Positions 1 to 13,766 of a stretch of DNA of 64,000 nt are shown here, in pieces (position 1 is the first letter of the stretch; every line of letters starts with the position of its first letter). The notes beneath the pieces were generated by a model, which was not told where the DNA came from, did no database searches, and saw nothing but the letters and a program-made list of their open reading frames with translations. Where the stretch lies: contig JAPEUI010000004.1 in assembly GCA_026025075.1 (NCBI GenBank), forward strand, positions 1-64,000, given 5' to 3'. The stretch is from Vezdaea acicularis. Its lineage: Eukaryota. The translations under genes and the position numbers were made by a program.

Positions 1-172
1 CCCATGTCCACTGGCCCCATGCCTTACCCGGTGCAGCACCCGTTACCCGGTGATCCGCCGCCTCCACTTCTTCCCTTTTGCCCCCCCCCCCCCCCCCCCC
101 CCCCGCGGGAACAGATTCACGCTCTATTCCCTATTCTGCAGTACGCAGGACCCCACGCACTCACTCACTTAC

Positions 173-1887
173 TTACTCAGCAACCAACTTCTCCACCGCA
201 GCTAACAAAATATCCGCATGCCTCTTCTGAAAAATGAGCATCGGCCTCAACCTAACCGCCCTCTCGCCACTTCCCCCGATATTGATGCCATGGGCCTTTG
301 CCCGTTTCAAAAAGGCGTCGCGGCGGGGACTATCCCACGCGATGAAGGTCCCCATGCCATTGCCTCTCAGATTCTTTATCTCATCCGGAAAGCGTTTAGC
401 CAGACTCTCTAGGCCGGCGTAGAGGTACTCCCCGACGGTCTTGGTGTTGGTGACGAGGTCCAACCGGCGGATCTCCTGGATGATGGCGCGGAAGAGGAGG
501 GCGCGGGCGGGGTCGCCCATCCAGGTGTTGAACTGGCGGTAGGGCTTATTGGGGCGGAGGGCGGGGTCGCCGAAGTAGTAGCCTGCCGTCTGGGCTTTTT
601 TGGAAAAGGTGACCATGTCGGGGGGAGAGGGGAGGTTCCAGTGGTCGTGGGCCCAGAAAGTGCCGGTGGCGCCGACGCCGGTTTGGACTTCGTCGACGAT
701 GAAGAGGATGTTGTGTTTCTGGGTGAGGGCGCGGAGGGCGCGGAAGAAGGAGGGGGAGGCGTGGTTGTCGCCGCCTTCGGATTGGATGGGTTCGACGACG
801 ATGGCGGCGGGGGGTTGGGGCCAGGTTTTGATGAGGTGTTCGGTTTCTTCGAGGCAGCGCTGTTCTTCGGCGGCGTTTTCGGCGGTGTGTTGGTCAAGTG
901 GGTATTTGAGGAGGGGGAAGGGCGCTTGGGGCCAGTTGAAGGCGGGGATGTCGAGTTTGTGGATGGGCTTGCTGCGGGTGGTGGAGAGGCTGCCGAAGAG
1001 GCGGCCGTGGAAGGCGTTCTTGAAGGAGAGGATGGACAGGTTGGGCGCGCCCGGCGCTTGGTTGCTCATGGAGCTCGAGAGTTCCTCGGCCGTGAAGTCG
1101 ACGTGGGGTCCGCCTCGCTCGTGGCGCCGCTTCCACATGAATGCGGCTTTGTATGCGGTTTCGTTCGCGTCGGAGCCGGCCATGGCGGTGAAGACTTGGT
1201 TGAGCCCTTTCGGGGCGACGGACAGGATGCCGGTTTCGAGGATGGATGCCCAGTCGTGCTGAGGGAAGTTTCCGAGGGCCGGCCGGTTGATCAGGGCGGA
1301 GGCCATTTCGGGAGAGGTGGCGGCGAGGAGGAGGGACGGGTTTGAGTACCCGACGGGAATGGAGGCGATTTGGGCGTAGCTGATATGTGCTCGTTAGAAC
1401 TTGTGTAGGATTGGGCTTGTGGGAGGGCACTTACACGTCTAGAAGTACATTGCCGTCCAGGTCCGCAATACTACAACCTGTCAGCGCTGGATTCGTGGTT
1501 GTCCCCTCCTTCTCCGCGCCTGAACGCTTCTTACTAGTTGCCAAAGCTCTGCTGATAATTCGCAATCATATTCAGACTGCGGGTGTCGAATACTTTATCG
1601 AGCTCCTCAATCGCCTTCTTGCTCTTCGGGCCCGGGATCTCCGTCCTGATCTGTGGACCTAGCGGTTCATCCGGGAAGAACGGCTGCTCCGTCGACGCTC
1701 CGTGATGGGAATCGCCATTGGTGGTCGTAGTTGCGGTTGCCGTAGCGGTAGCCATCTTCCTGTTGTGTAATTGGGTTGGTACTGGAGTCAGATATCGTCG
1801 AGTCGCACGGGCTGTGGTGGAGTTGACAAGCGGGCGCCAGGCAGCAGATGGGCGTATGCGGTTGATGGATCGAATTAGAGAGGTCAT
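173..1887 (-). CDS. UGA1: 4-aminobutyrate (GABA) aminotransferase, class III PLP enzyme; exons 1887-1535, 1470-1435, 1379-173
   Basis: Motifs AGSDANETAYKAAF, FHGRLFGSLSTTRSKPIHKLDIPAF, EPIQSEGGD, DEVQTGVGATG and TFSKKAQ. GT..AG introns 1534-1471 and 1434-1380 rebuild [26 protein letters not shown]. Confidence 0.96.
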
Positions 1888-3056
1888 GGTGTTTTTAAGT
1901 ATTCCAGGTTTTCGTCCTAATTGAGAGGGTTGAGGTGGATGGCAAAAGTCAGGTGCGCCGTGATGATCGGGTGGGGGGTTGATTCGAGGGCGGGGCACCG
2001 TTTCTAGTGGCGTGACGTGGGGTTGGCCGAGTGGTGATAGATATTGAGCAAAATCAATCTACAAAAGCCAAGCTAAACTGGCCAGGAGATTCAGATCTGG
2101 AATATTGACTGACTCAAAAGAATTGAGCGACGGAAGTGAGCTCTTGATCATTCACTGCTCCTCGGCCGTCTCAATCAGTCACTGACGTCGTCCCAGCTCG
2201 CTCGCGGACCGAACGCACAAGTAAACAGAAGCGAGAGAGCATAAGCAGGGCGTGGCAGGGCTCTACAAAAAAGCTTGACCTTCGCATCAGCTTAAAGGGC
2301 TGGCAGGACGGTGGCGGATATTCCGCGGGGCAGTCATGCTCATGCGTCACTGGCGCCCGTTGCAAGGCGAACTTCCCCCGCCATGCCGCATCCGTGACGT
2401 TCTAGCCGAGGCCACGCCGGGGACCACCGAGCCGGCACATCCATCCCGCACAGGCGAGCGCAAGGCAAAGCCGCGCAAGGAAAGTTCACCGAGGATAAGC
2501 GTCACGCAAGAAAGTAACCACCCCAAGCAGCATGAAAGCAAAAAGGGGCAGAAATTCCATTCGAAACAAAGAGCAAAATTCCCGAGAGCGCTAGATCTAG
2601 GTAAGGGTATCGGTACAGCTGGCCCTATCCATGATGCTACAGGAGACCGAGGCACGCTTTTTTCCTCATCTCTCGCCCTGAATGCCTGCCTGCCCTATAC
2701 AAGACACCTCGTACCTCCCCCTTTGAAAGTGAGACGCTCCGCCACCAGTTACTTCCCACCCCCGTCGAGATGCTCCACGAGACTCTCCACCGCCCGCTGA
2801 AATGCAGTATACCGTTCTCAATCCGTGCAACGCCGAGCTTTCAATGCTGTAGAATACAAAGTAGGTGCATCTCTCGCTATTATAAGAGGCCGAGTCGCGG
2901 GAGGAGTCGGGGAAGAAAAGAGAAAACCATGAACGCTGCTCTTTTTTGCGCAGCTTGCTTGTTGAAGAGCGTCGAGTCTGGAATATTGTTGGTTCTTACA
3001 TCATGCCCCCTGCTATTACAAATGTGCTTCCCACTTTTGACAGGGGCTAAGCAGTA

Positions 3057-6000
3057 CTAAGCCTCGCTCGGGACTCCTAGCTGGCGAAGTCTCTCATGAT
3101 TCATCCCCTCAAAGTGGTCGGCCAATCCATTCTTCTGATTGTCGCTGGGTGATTCGGAATCTGCAAGATCGTGTGAGATGTCGCTGGTGCTGGCTGGCAG
3201 AAAGGCGCTCGACGTTTGGATGACTTGTCCTTCTGCAAAGTTCTCCATTCCGGGCACTTCTTCCTCAAACTGCTGTCCTTCTTCGATAGGCGGCGGAGGA
3301 GGAGCATCCATGAATGCTACCTCTTCATCAATGGTACTGGCCATGATTCCGCCTGTCTGAAACCCCGTGACCATATCGATACCATCCATTGGCGGAGGAG
3401 GCGGTGGCGGGAAGCCAGGACTGATGGATCGCTGGCGTTTTGTAGGCGTGCTTCCGGAGTCCGGGGTTCCCTCTTCAGATAGTTCCCGCTTTCTTTTTGG
3501 GCTTGCGGTAGCAGAGACACCATCTTCTTCCGCCTTGCACTTGATGCCGCCAGTCTCTGATACATTGGCTTCGTCTCGCTTTCTCTTGACGCTTCCAGTC
3601 TCGGACTCCTCATCCTCATCCCGCTTTCGTTTGATACCATTAGTCCCATTTGATACAGGATTACTTGGGGTCGTCAGAGGCGTTGACTTCCCATCATCAA
3701 CTTCAACCTCCTCGTCGGAGAGATCCATCTTCTCTTCACCATTCATCTCAGTGCTCTTGACTGGAGTATCTGGACTAGGGCCGTTTGATTTCTTAGAATC
3801 TTGAGCAGAATCTGCTGCCTGTGCAGCCTTCTTCTTGTCATGTTCCGCCCTCTTGACAACAGCTTTATCAAAGAAGGTTTTGACATAGCTCTTTACCTGC
3901 TTGACTTGACTACTCGATATTTGGTTTGGATCTTTCACTCGATCGTTTTTGTAGTCGGAATTGACAAGTTTCTTCGCCAACTGCCGATAATCGTAAAATT
4001 AGAACTGATTGCTATATAGCTACCTTCAGTACAGAGCCTTGACTTACCTCTTTACCGAAACGCTTGATGTCCTCTCGAGGAAGTTTATTTTTGTACTTGT
4101 TCATAACGTAATGAATATGAGGGAAGAGCTAGCACGACACCGAATCAGTTCTAGGCCTTAGGAGAACATCACAAAAGACTCACCGTATTCTCGTAGATCT
4201 TCATTTGCTTCTCTTTGGGGAGAGACTTCCACTTATCTTTTCTCTTCTCCTTCGGGACCTCAACGACTGGCGGAGGCGTTTCAACGGGGGTAACCTTTGG
4301 TTTTGCCTTGGCTTCTTTCGTGATGTTGTCGATGATATCCTGCAACTTCTTCTCATTGCTGACAGGTGGCGGTGGAGGAGGTGGGGGCGGATTGCGATCA
4401 GCTTGATACGGTCGTGTCCACTGAGTAAGGCCGCTGACGCTGAAGAAGTAAGGCTTGCCATTCGCTGCTTTGGCCATCTGCCATCCCGCTGGAAGAGTCA
4501 TGGGACGCTGGAAGCCGGGGCCTGAAGGAAAGCCAGCTCGTGGTCCATTTGGAAAGGGTGCTCTTTGCGGTGCGCTATTTCGTGGACCCTTTGGAGCTGC
4601 TGGACCTTTTGGCGGCTCGGGAGTAGGTGACTTCTGACGTGGCTGAAAATTGTCGTAATCGCGTCGCTCGATGTTATGACGAGGAAGATTGAGGTTTGAA
4701 TCGGTTGCGTCTTTCGCCTTTCTCGGAATCCGATATCCCATCTCTAGTGCCGCCCAGTCTTTCATCAGGGTTGATGCTTGACTCGCCACTCGCTCGTCTT
4801 CAGAGTTCACTAGCGGTTCTATAGAACTCTCAATCTTTGAATCTAGAATCTTATTCCGAGTAAGACGGGGGAGAGTGTGTAGGATTTGAAGCACCTGCAA
4901 GACGACGTTGACGTCGTCATGGAACGTTGCAAGCGTAGACTTCAAGATTTGATAGCCGTGCATCCTAATGACTTGGTGTCGGACACTATCCTCTTCGCAT
5001 GCTTGAATGCGTCCAAGTAGTTTGACGGCGATCCATTTTTCTTTGCATTGCATCAAGGTGGCCATAACCTTGGTTGCACCTCGCTCATCGAGTGCCTTGG
5101 GTTGAAGATTGTTCACGTATTCCTCATCGTCTTCGCCAGTCTTCTTCTTGCGAGGCCGCTTCGCGACGGCAGTATCCCAGCCATCGCCATCATCAATGCC
5201 CAGAGCCTCGATGGTCTGTGTCGGGAGTTTTGTGGCTCGCTCAGTCTGGGTCTTGCCGCCAAGAAATCCCGTGCAGTTCGGCTCGCCGCAGTAGCATGGC
5301 TGTGGATCAGCTCCGTATCGGTCGACGTTGTAATTAAAGACAAGCTCTTCTCCAGCTTCGATTGATCGTAGTGCAAATATGCCCATACGAAGCTTCTCTC
5401 CTACGACCCATTTGTCGACATAGCAATTGGGGTTGCATGAGTGGTTGCAGAATCGACCGAGGTTGCCCTTTTTCGTCGCGTCGACAAACTCGCCTTTGCT
5501 AAGCGACATAAAGTAGAAGTGCTTGATTCCCTCCTCGTCATATTGGACCATTCGTCGGCGAAAATGATTCTCATTGATGACTTCCCCGATGTACTCATAG
5601 ATGAAATCGGCTGGACGGAGCTCCGTATCTGCTCGTAGTCCGTAGCCCTTCTTTTCCGTCTTGATGACGGAGACTTTGGCAAATTGTTTGCGCTGAAATC
5701 TTTGATTCTGGCAACCCGCTCCACAGCTGCACTCATCGTCGATACACTCCATCTTCGTCGCTCGATTGATACAATCAGAGTCTTCGCCGCATGCACGGTT
5801 TTTCTTGCCATCTAGAGGAGACAGATTAGTCGGTGCTTTGGAGAGATGACCCGCCCATACAGTCCAGCTTACCAAATTCAGAATTGCAGTCGCAGCCAAG
5901 AGCATCGTGATCTGATGACCCCATATACTTCGAACCATATATGCAGTCACGTATCACTTCGAAGTGGCTTGTAGCCTCTTCGGTCTCATCAGGAAAATGG

Positions 6001-6386
6001 TCAAAGAGGGTTGGCGGTTTGAAGGCCATTGTCTTTGTGGAGGTGCGGGCGAGCTTTGGGGTTTTCCCTGGCTCGACCGTGATGGATATCTCTCCACCTA
6101 TAGTCTCTTCGTGCACGTCGCTGTGTGTGGAAGAAGAAGATGGTGAAGATTTGTTGGAGGTGGTGGAAGATTGAGAATCAGATGTAGGTGGTCGCTTGAT
6201 GAATTCACTCGTGTGTCGTTCGTGGGAGAAGGAGGCTGGTTGGGGTGTGGAGGGCAAAGATTCCTCCTTCACTCCACGAACACATCTTGTGTCCGAACCC
6301 TCTTCATCGGACATGTCCCCTTCAATTTTCATCTCCTCTAGCGAGCTCTCCACCCCATCCGGCTTCCTCTCTTCCTCGTCCGACAT
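3057..6386 (-). CDS. SET2: Histone H3K36 methyltransferase Set2; exons 6386-5873, 5811-4184, 4128-4048, 3980-3057
   Basis: AWS ([16 protein letters not shown]), SET ([18 protein letters not shown]), post-SET ([13 protein letters not shown]), WW (LPAGW...YFFS...TQWTRP) and SRI-like C-terminal region. Three in-frame GT..AG introns. Confidence 0.96.
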
Positions 6387-8639
6387 GTTGGGGAAAAGTC
6401 TCGGCGAACTACTATGGACAGGGCCAAACCGCAAAACGAGGAGGTGGTGGAGCAAGTGAAGAGGTGAGGTGATGTGAGGTTTAGCGATGAGAAGTTACGA
6501 TCTGACACCCAACGCCACCACGATGTCCCCGTCCGTTCCACCTACACAGTTGAAGTTTATGGGGTCCGCGTCGTGATGGACGATCCGTATGAAGTTCGTT
6601 CGGTAGAATGACGCTGATAGCCGTGGCTGATATCTCGATCGTCGTGAGCCGGGTTTGCGCGATCTCTTCTCCACTACGCAGAAGAACCGTCCGGGCGAAT
6701 CACATGAACAGGATGAAACAGATCGGACGAGACCGACCAGGGAGTCTCTATAGCAGTGAACGAACAATAGAAACGTAATGAGAGTAGAAATGGTTACAAT
6801 GAGTGACGGCGCCGCAGTACCAGTACGAGGCCGCAAGACCGGGGGCTAACTCGAGGTCATCGCACAGGCCGACAATAGGACGAATAGTCACGGTACCGTT
6901 GCGTTTCCTATTGTCTCGACAGGGCGATGTGTTGCCGGCGTGTTCAGATATGGTCAGCCCTCGCGTTCAGGCCGGCGACGGAGCGAATTCACGACGTTCA
7001 TGATATGGTTTGTCAAAGAAATTGCTCTATGTTCTCGCGATTGAGTACGGCGGCGGATATAATTCATCTTGGCAGATCGAAACGAGTCTCACCGGAAAAA
7101 CGATGAACCAGCGTCAGGAATTAAACAGATTGACCTTATTGTGACAGCACGTTCATCCTTTGTGTGAACGGGACCTTGTTGCCTCGTGCTTGACAACAGG
7201 ATCTGTCGCACGACCCCCACTGATCTCTGTGTCCAACAATTAGCGCGGCAAACTCTCGGGATGGTGAAGCTCATTGAAAAGTAAATCCGGCCACAACGTC
7301 AACCATGTATTCATATACGTGATCATTGTCCCCTATTGAAAGAGGCACGACAGGCCTTCATGCGGCCTACGGTGACGTGATTCTTCATGGAGACAGATTC
7401 AGCAGGAGACTCTGGCTACGAAACTGACGGAGCTCGTGCATTGGCTGTTCATGCGCAGGCATCTTGCTGTAGAACTTCTCGCGCGAAGAAAGCCACGCAT
7501 GCTTCTGACTAGAGAGCACGCCTCGAAGTGTCCCTCCAGGGCTCAAGCAGAATCTAGATATACGTAGCGAAGGGCAAATGATAGATGATCGACTGAAGCG
7601 GTGTGTCCATCGGGAGCAGCTAGTGTATGTTTCTCTCTGGCCGGCACGGTGCGACGTGGCGATGCAGAAATCAACGTATTCGCACGAGGCATCGTGAGCT
7701 GTCGATGCAGTGCCAGTTCCATGATAGCGCGGATCTATGTCAAGAATGGAAGAGCGATGCGGAGTTATAAGAGCGCGCCATCGTCCTTCTTGTCATGCGT
7801 GAAAAGGTCAACGACACTCCGAGCACGAGGAACGAGTTTCTCTCGCGAAGGCCGACGCATCGTCAAGACCATCGTCATGTACGCCCCGGTGAGGACGACC
7901 GGCAGCCGCCCAGTCAGCAGGCGCGGAGGGAGGACCGGTGAAACACGTCACGACGTCGCGCTCTCCGCATTGGCGAGCGACGAGAGACACGGCGGACGAC
8001 GGTGAAGACGTCGATGCAGCCAGGCTCCTCGTGCAGGAGAAATGCAGCGAGTCCGCGAGGGTCAATGCTCTCCAGTGTCTGAGTCGAAAAGAGCAGTCCT
8101 GATTCGGGGAGGGGAGGCTGCGATGTCCTGCGCGGCGACGATGCCTTAATCGCCCTGGACGATCCGCCGATTGGGCCATTGCGCCATCTGGCGATCACGC
8201 GAACAGTCACAAGGAGAAGCGCAAGCGAAAGTCAGGGAGAACGACTGGAGTCGAGAGGACGAGCGAGAGGAGAAAGCTCGGGCCGGTTGACGCCATCTTG
8301 CGACGACGTGAAAGACGGGGAAAGATTGGGGGGTTGTCCTCGCCATCCCCCGTCCTCGAGGTCTGGTTGGGTGCACGGCCAGACTCACGTTTTTTGTCGC
8401 TCACGTCCAAGGCAGGGACTCCCGCTCGGGGGGAGGGGGTCGGTGGTCGGAGGGGGGGACTGGTGGACGGTCCTCGTTTGAGGGCGACAGGCCACGTCCG
8501 GCCTGCGATTGGCCGCCTTCTCGCCTTCACCAGGCGGGCGGCGTCGCGGAGGGGGCCAGATATGTCTCAGATACGGCAATGCCCTAATACCCTAAATCTG
8601 GCGTCAGGGTTTAGCCCGCCTCGGTTGGCGGAAGCGCGC

Positions 8640-10000
8640 ACTGATCGCTGGGAGATGAAGAGTCGAAGAAAAGAAGAAAAAGCACGAGAGAAAGAGACGA
8701 AGGGCGGAGGAAAAAAGGGAAAAAGAGAAGAAGAGAGGAGCCGAGGCAGAAACGGCGCGGAACCAGGGAGAGCGAGGGCGAGGGCAGCGGACGGGGAGGC
8801 AACGGGGATAGAACAGGAATAGAAGGGTATTGTTTTACCTTTCCTTTTTGGCTCCGTTGCCCTTCCCGGTCCGCCGTCTCTCCTGCTCTCGCGGTCTCTC
8901 GCTCTCTCTGATCCTCTCTCTCTCGCTCTCTCGTCGACGCCTCTCGCTGGTCTTTTTCCCATGCATCCCCCGCCATCGGACGGAGCCCAATCTCGGACCC
9001 TTCCTCAGGGAGTCTCTCCGCGGCCCGGCCGGGGTGTCCGCTGCGTGCTCCGCCCGTCCGCCGTCCGCCGCGTATTCCCCGCGCTCGCTTTGTCGCTGGT
9101 CGTCGGACCGGGCCCTTCCCAGCGCCGCACGTCAATGGAACGGTCCTCTCTCGTTGTGTCGTCCCTTCGTCCTCTCTTGTCCCTCTGTCCCCTCTCGTCC
9201 CTCCCCCCCCGCGGTGATTGGATCCGGGCGCGTCGCTAGGCCGAAACGCTCGAGCCTGCATAAGTGGCCCGCTCGGCGCGCTTCCTTTCCTGTCGGCGTC
9301 GCGAAAGTGCCGGCCTAGCGAGCATGGCCGCCGCGCGCTGTATGGAGTCGCCGCCGACGGCCTTCATGCACGTCTGCACGCTTCAGAAAGGGCCATGCAG
9401 GATGAAATTACAGATGCTCCTCTCTCTCTCTCTCTCCCTCTCCTCTCTTTGTCTCCCTCGCCCTGCCTCTCTCTCTTCTCTCTCTTCTCTCGAGAAGTCC
9501 CTTTTTGCCCTCTCCCTTCCCTCGCGCCATGGGGCCCTCAGCGTCCGCGGTATCCATGACGCCGAACTAGGCCACCGCCGGCCACAGCTCCTTTGCTCTC
9601 CCCCCCATCGTCCACCACAAGGACTGGCCTGCGCAGGGTTCGCGGTGGCCTGCAGTTCTCCCCCCTTCCTAGCAACAAGCAACGCATTCATCCTGCAGCG
9701 ACGAGCGAGGCCGGCGGCGATCCCATAGCCAGACCCAAACGCCCGCAGGAATTTCGTGCCTCTCGCCCAATTTCCCATTCCCTTTCTTTCTCCCGGTCCG
9801 GGGCCTGCTGGGCCCTCTCTCTTCCCAGGCGCCGCTCCCTTGAACTGCCTCTTCCATCTAGTCGGCCTAGTCTGTCTCGTGCGGACTCCGACTGCGCGTG
9901 CGTCTGGTGCATCGCGGCGAAAAAAAAAAGAGAGACAAGAGACAAGCAAAAGGACGACTAGAGACGAGAGGGGACATTTGGCCGCATCCGGGTCCGAATG
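8640..10000. repeat. Low-complexity polypurine/polypyrimidine tracts with (CT)n runs
   Basis: GA-rich tract ~8660-8825, CT-rich tracts ~8840-8960 and ~9417-9520, and a purine tract ~9920-9972. Confidence 0.7.
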
Positions 10001-10475
10001 CATTGACCATCAACCCTCCCATCCGTCCTACCGTGTACCTCGTACCTCGTCCAGTACCGTCACGCTCTCTCTCCTCTCCTGCTCCAGAGGTACTTTCTCG
10101 AAGCCCCGTCAAACCTCCAACCTTTCCTTTGACCTGGTCGCCGCCGCCGGTCCCTCCTTCACGACCTTCTCTCATGTCCATTCGGTTTCGCCCCGGCCGC
10201 CGCATGGGCTATTAATTCACTTCACTTTTCCATATAAACTTTCAGACGCTCCCTCACGTTCCCTTTCGCCACTTTCTCTAATCGCGCATGCCGTTGCGCC
10301 TTGACTTCAATCCCTCCTTCCGAACTTTTTCTCTGCGCGTATTGCAAAAGTGTCGCATCAACCCGTCTCGATACTTGGGACCCTCGATCCTCTGCGCCCC
10401 ACCAAGCAGCCCGCTGCTCGACGTCCCCTCCATTATTTCAACCCCGTACCATCTCTTAATTTGAGGCCAGATCTG

Positions 10476-11748
10476 ATGGCGTTGAGAGAGCCCGAGCCGT
10501 TGACGGTGGAAGACCAGGTGTGTACACGATCATTGTTCATCTCACTTTCGACTTCGATGCGTCGGCTCCCATGAGGGGGTCCGAGCTTGGGCCAACGGAG
10601 AGCCCGATCTCTCCGCAGAAGACCGACGACTGACGCTGCCGTGATGGCTAGTATTCCCTAATGACCGAGATTCTAAAACAGTCCAACATCCCCCCGGCGG
10701 CGCTATGTGGGTTGGTACCGGCCGAGCCTCGACTTGAAGATATATCGCTGCCTCAAGGTGAGACAACCCGCCCGTCAGCATAAAACTCTGCACTCCTTCC
10801 CTTTCTGGCATGGACAAGCCGGAGCGAATGTGCCTAGGCTCAGCCAGGTGTCACTCTACGATCGAGCATACGCGAAGAATCATTGCTGACCTCGTGCATC
10901 TGACAGGCCGATCTTTCAGACAATGTCAACGAGCGTTCACCCTACTCAGGACGGCATACACCACCGGCTCGATCACGCCCCGCCCTCGCATGCCGATACA
11001 GCCCTACAGTGCCGAGATACCGTCTTCGCAAATATCTCCCGACCCGAGGAAACGCCCGAGAGCGTCGATGGAGGCGCCCATGACCGTTGGCACTCCCCTG
11101 CAGCCTCTTCAACCGCGACCACCAACCTCGACCTTCAATCCACTCAACGGCGATGACCCTCTACAAGGCTCGCCCGAGGTTTACGACCCCAACCAACCGG
11201 CGAAGAAGAAGAGGGGGAGACCGACCAAAGCCGAAGCAGAGAGAAGGAAACACGAAGCTGAAGCCCGAGGAGAGCCCTACCCACCTCCGAAAACTCCAAA
11301 AGCGCCAAAAGCTCCGAAGCCAGAGATAGGAGCACGGAGTTCGTTGGGGAGTGCCGAAGGGTCGGGTCTTGGCGAGGTTTCCTTTAGCGGAGCGCAGACA
11401 CCAATTATGACCGCAGAGCAATCTCCAGTACAGCAACCGGCGGAAGCGCCAGAGACGGGCTCGGCCAGCAAAAGAAAACGGCCTCGACCTAGCAAGTCGG
11501 AGACGGAAGAGCACGGCGCGACGAAGGAGCCGGAGATCTTGACAAGCGCCGGTCCAAGTCCTCGCACCGAGGCGCCGCCTGATCCCGTACCACCATCACT
11601 AAGCACGCCTCAAGGGCCACCTCCTCTTCTCCATGCACACCCTGAGCGGGTAGAGCCCGTCGTTCGTGACGTGCCCATGACCGGAACCGAAACCGCGCCC
11701 ACGGTGGCCTTCTCTCAACCCCCTAGCACGACCAACACACAAGCATGA
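10476..11748 (+). CDS. AT-hook-containing putative DNA-binding protein; exons 10476-10517, 10652-10757, 10907-11748
   Basis: Splicing gives MALREPEPLTVEDQ-YSLMTEILKQSNIPPAALCGLVPAEPRLEDISLPQG-RSFRQCQRAF, a small helical domain. AT-hook KKKRGRPTK follows, then a Pro-rich disordered tail. Both introns have a GT donor, CTGAC branch site and YAG acceptor. Confidence 0.8.
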
Positions 11749-13766
11749 ATCTCACAACACGCCAAGCTCTTTCATTTTCACGGCGACGCAAATTTTCCCC
11801 ACAGGCGATATGCGACGGTAATTCGACATTCGGCGGCGATAACGACGAACCAATAAAAGCCAACAGGACATTCTGGCATAGGGTGGTTGTAAGACTTACT
11901 GACGACTTTCACGTTACGATACCATCGAGCATGACATTTGAAACGCGGTGGTGGGCGGCAGCGTTTGATATTTGCTTTTTTTTTCCCCATCGAAAACATT
12001 TCCCTACATGCATTTTCAAGAAAAAATTACACAGCTCACGGCCACGCACGGAAACGGGGAACCGCTGCTTCTCTCTTCACTTCTCTTCTAGGCTAAACTT
12101 CGATGTAGACCATTCTTCCTTGTTCTTTTTCTTTCTTCTCTCTTCTTTCTTCATCTTGCAACCTCTAATGTTAATCCGGGACTTGACGACAATCACTGCT
12201 CTGCGCACCTGATTTCCTTTACGGTCATTCACAGAAAATATGCCCTTTTAAAGACACCTTCTTCTTCTTCTTTCAAACGTACCTTTTTTTTTCTCATTTG
12301 TACACGCACGGGTGGTCCTCGCTTTGATTTTTGTTCGCACGATCGAATCTACACTTCTCTACAATACCTGCATCCACCAGCACCATGATAGCGGCATTCA
12401 AAAGTTTTCAGACTTGGATATATTTTGACGTGTATGGATATGCTGATTCGTGCCGTTTGGCTTTTGCTCTCTGGTACCTTTCATTCTTCATATGAACTTC
12501 ATGTCAGGATAGATTGGGTGCATGGTACGAAGCATTCCGCAGCGCTACTGCTGTGCTTCCCCATACAGAATAGGTAGGTCTTTAAACCTTTTTTAGCACT
12601 TTCTGGCCCATCTCGTTGTCTCCGATGCCACGTCTGGCCTTTTCGCCATCGTGGCCAGAGCGTCAGGAGCTGCTTTGTACACAACCCACTCAATCCTCAC
12701 CCCCTTTTTCCTTCGAAAGAGGTTGCATCGCCCCACCCCTCTCCCCCCCCCGGACCCCATACTGGACATCCACGACAAACGTAAAACGAAATGGCATCAT
12801 TCTTCTGTATCGACATTTAAAAGCCACCTCAGTGATCAAGCTACGAGTCTTTTACGTGCTAAGGCTGCGAAGGGCAGGGGATATTTCAAATGCAGCGTCG
12901 CATTGACTGAGAAGACACTATTAAAACCCAAGGAACGACTCTCTAGAGTGTATTAGGCAAATTTAAGGCATGAATATCTTACGGCATGAAATCAGAGATG
13001 CGAAGGCGTTCACCTCGACCCACGGGCTTGCTATTGGGCCACAAACATATCCAAATCGTGAACTCGCTTATCATTGGAAGGGCAGGAAGCGGGACCTAGA
13101 GCCGAAGCGGCCTAGTCCACTCTGCCGCGGCACTAGCGATGACGGACGTGGGGCCAGATCGAAACGTGGGATCGGAAGTTCGGAAAGATATCTTGCATTT
13201 CGTTCGAGAATCTTCTTTGTCGGGAGCTTCTCGACGGATGGTTAAATACGCTGTTATTCATGTCATATCACATCACGGGCTTTTGAAGAGTCGCTTGGAA
13301 GAGAATGCTCTCCTGCTTTCTGGTTGACTTGGGGGGGTCCTGGCTCTATGCATCTGGCGCAAGATGAAGGTGGTGAGGTCATTGGAGATGACTTCTTGCG
13401 ACTACGGGGCCCTGTACCAAGCCAGGCCGAGTATATCTCCAGGTGGTCATTATGTGCGAATGGCCGAACATCGTGGGTGTCGGAGCGTCTGCTTCACGTC
13501 GAGGAACGGATATTTCAGAGTCCTCTGACATCATGCGCGGTTCACAGCTACATCACAGGTGTGCGTCCGGGCCGAGCAAAAGCGTACCTGTCATGGTGAT
13601 ATCACATCCCTTCAGTCTGCGCTCTGCCAACGGATCGTTGACGTCTCCTTGACAATATCCTCGCATAAATACAGCAATCAGACACGCGCTGATCACTGTA
13701 CCATATTTCCTAAACAACCTCTCTGTTTTCTACCATTCTTTTCTACATAACATCTAGCCAGCGACC

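Noticed and set aside
81..104. Poly-C run downstream of UGA1
   Set aside because: Simple homopolymer of unreliable length with no evidence of function.
600..1345. 220-aa and 234-aa + strand ORFs
   Set aside because: Antisense shadows of the GC3-rich UGA1 gene.
7601..10304. Many 100-216 aa ORFs in the SET2/AT-hook gap
   Set aside because: Translations of low-complexity GA/CT tracts with no recognisable family.
10923..11156. 77-aa ORF that looked like an overlapping uORF
   Set aside because: It lies inside exon 3 once the two upstream exons are modelled.
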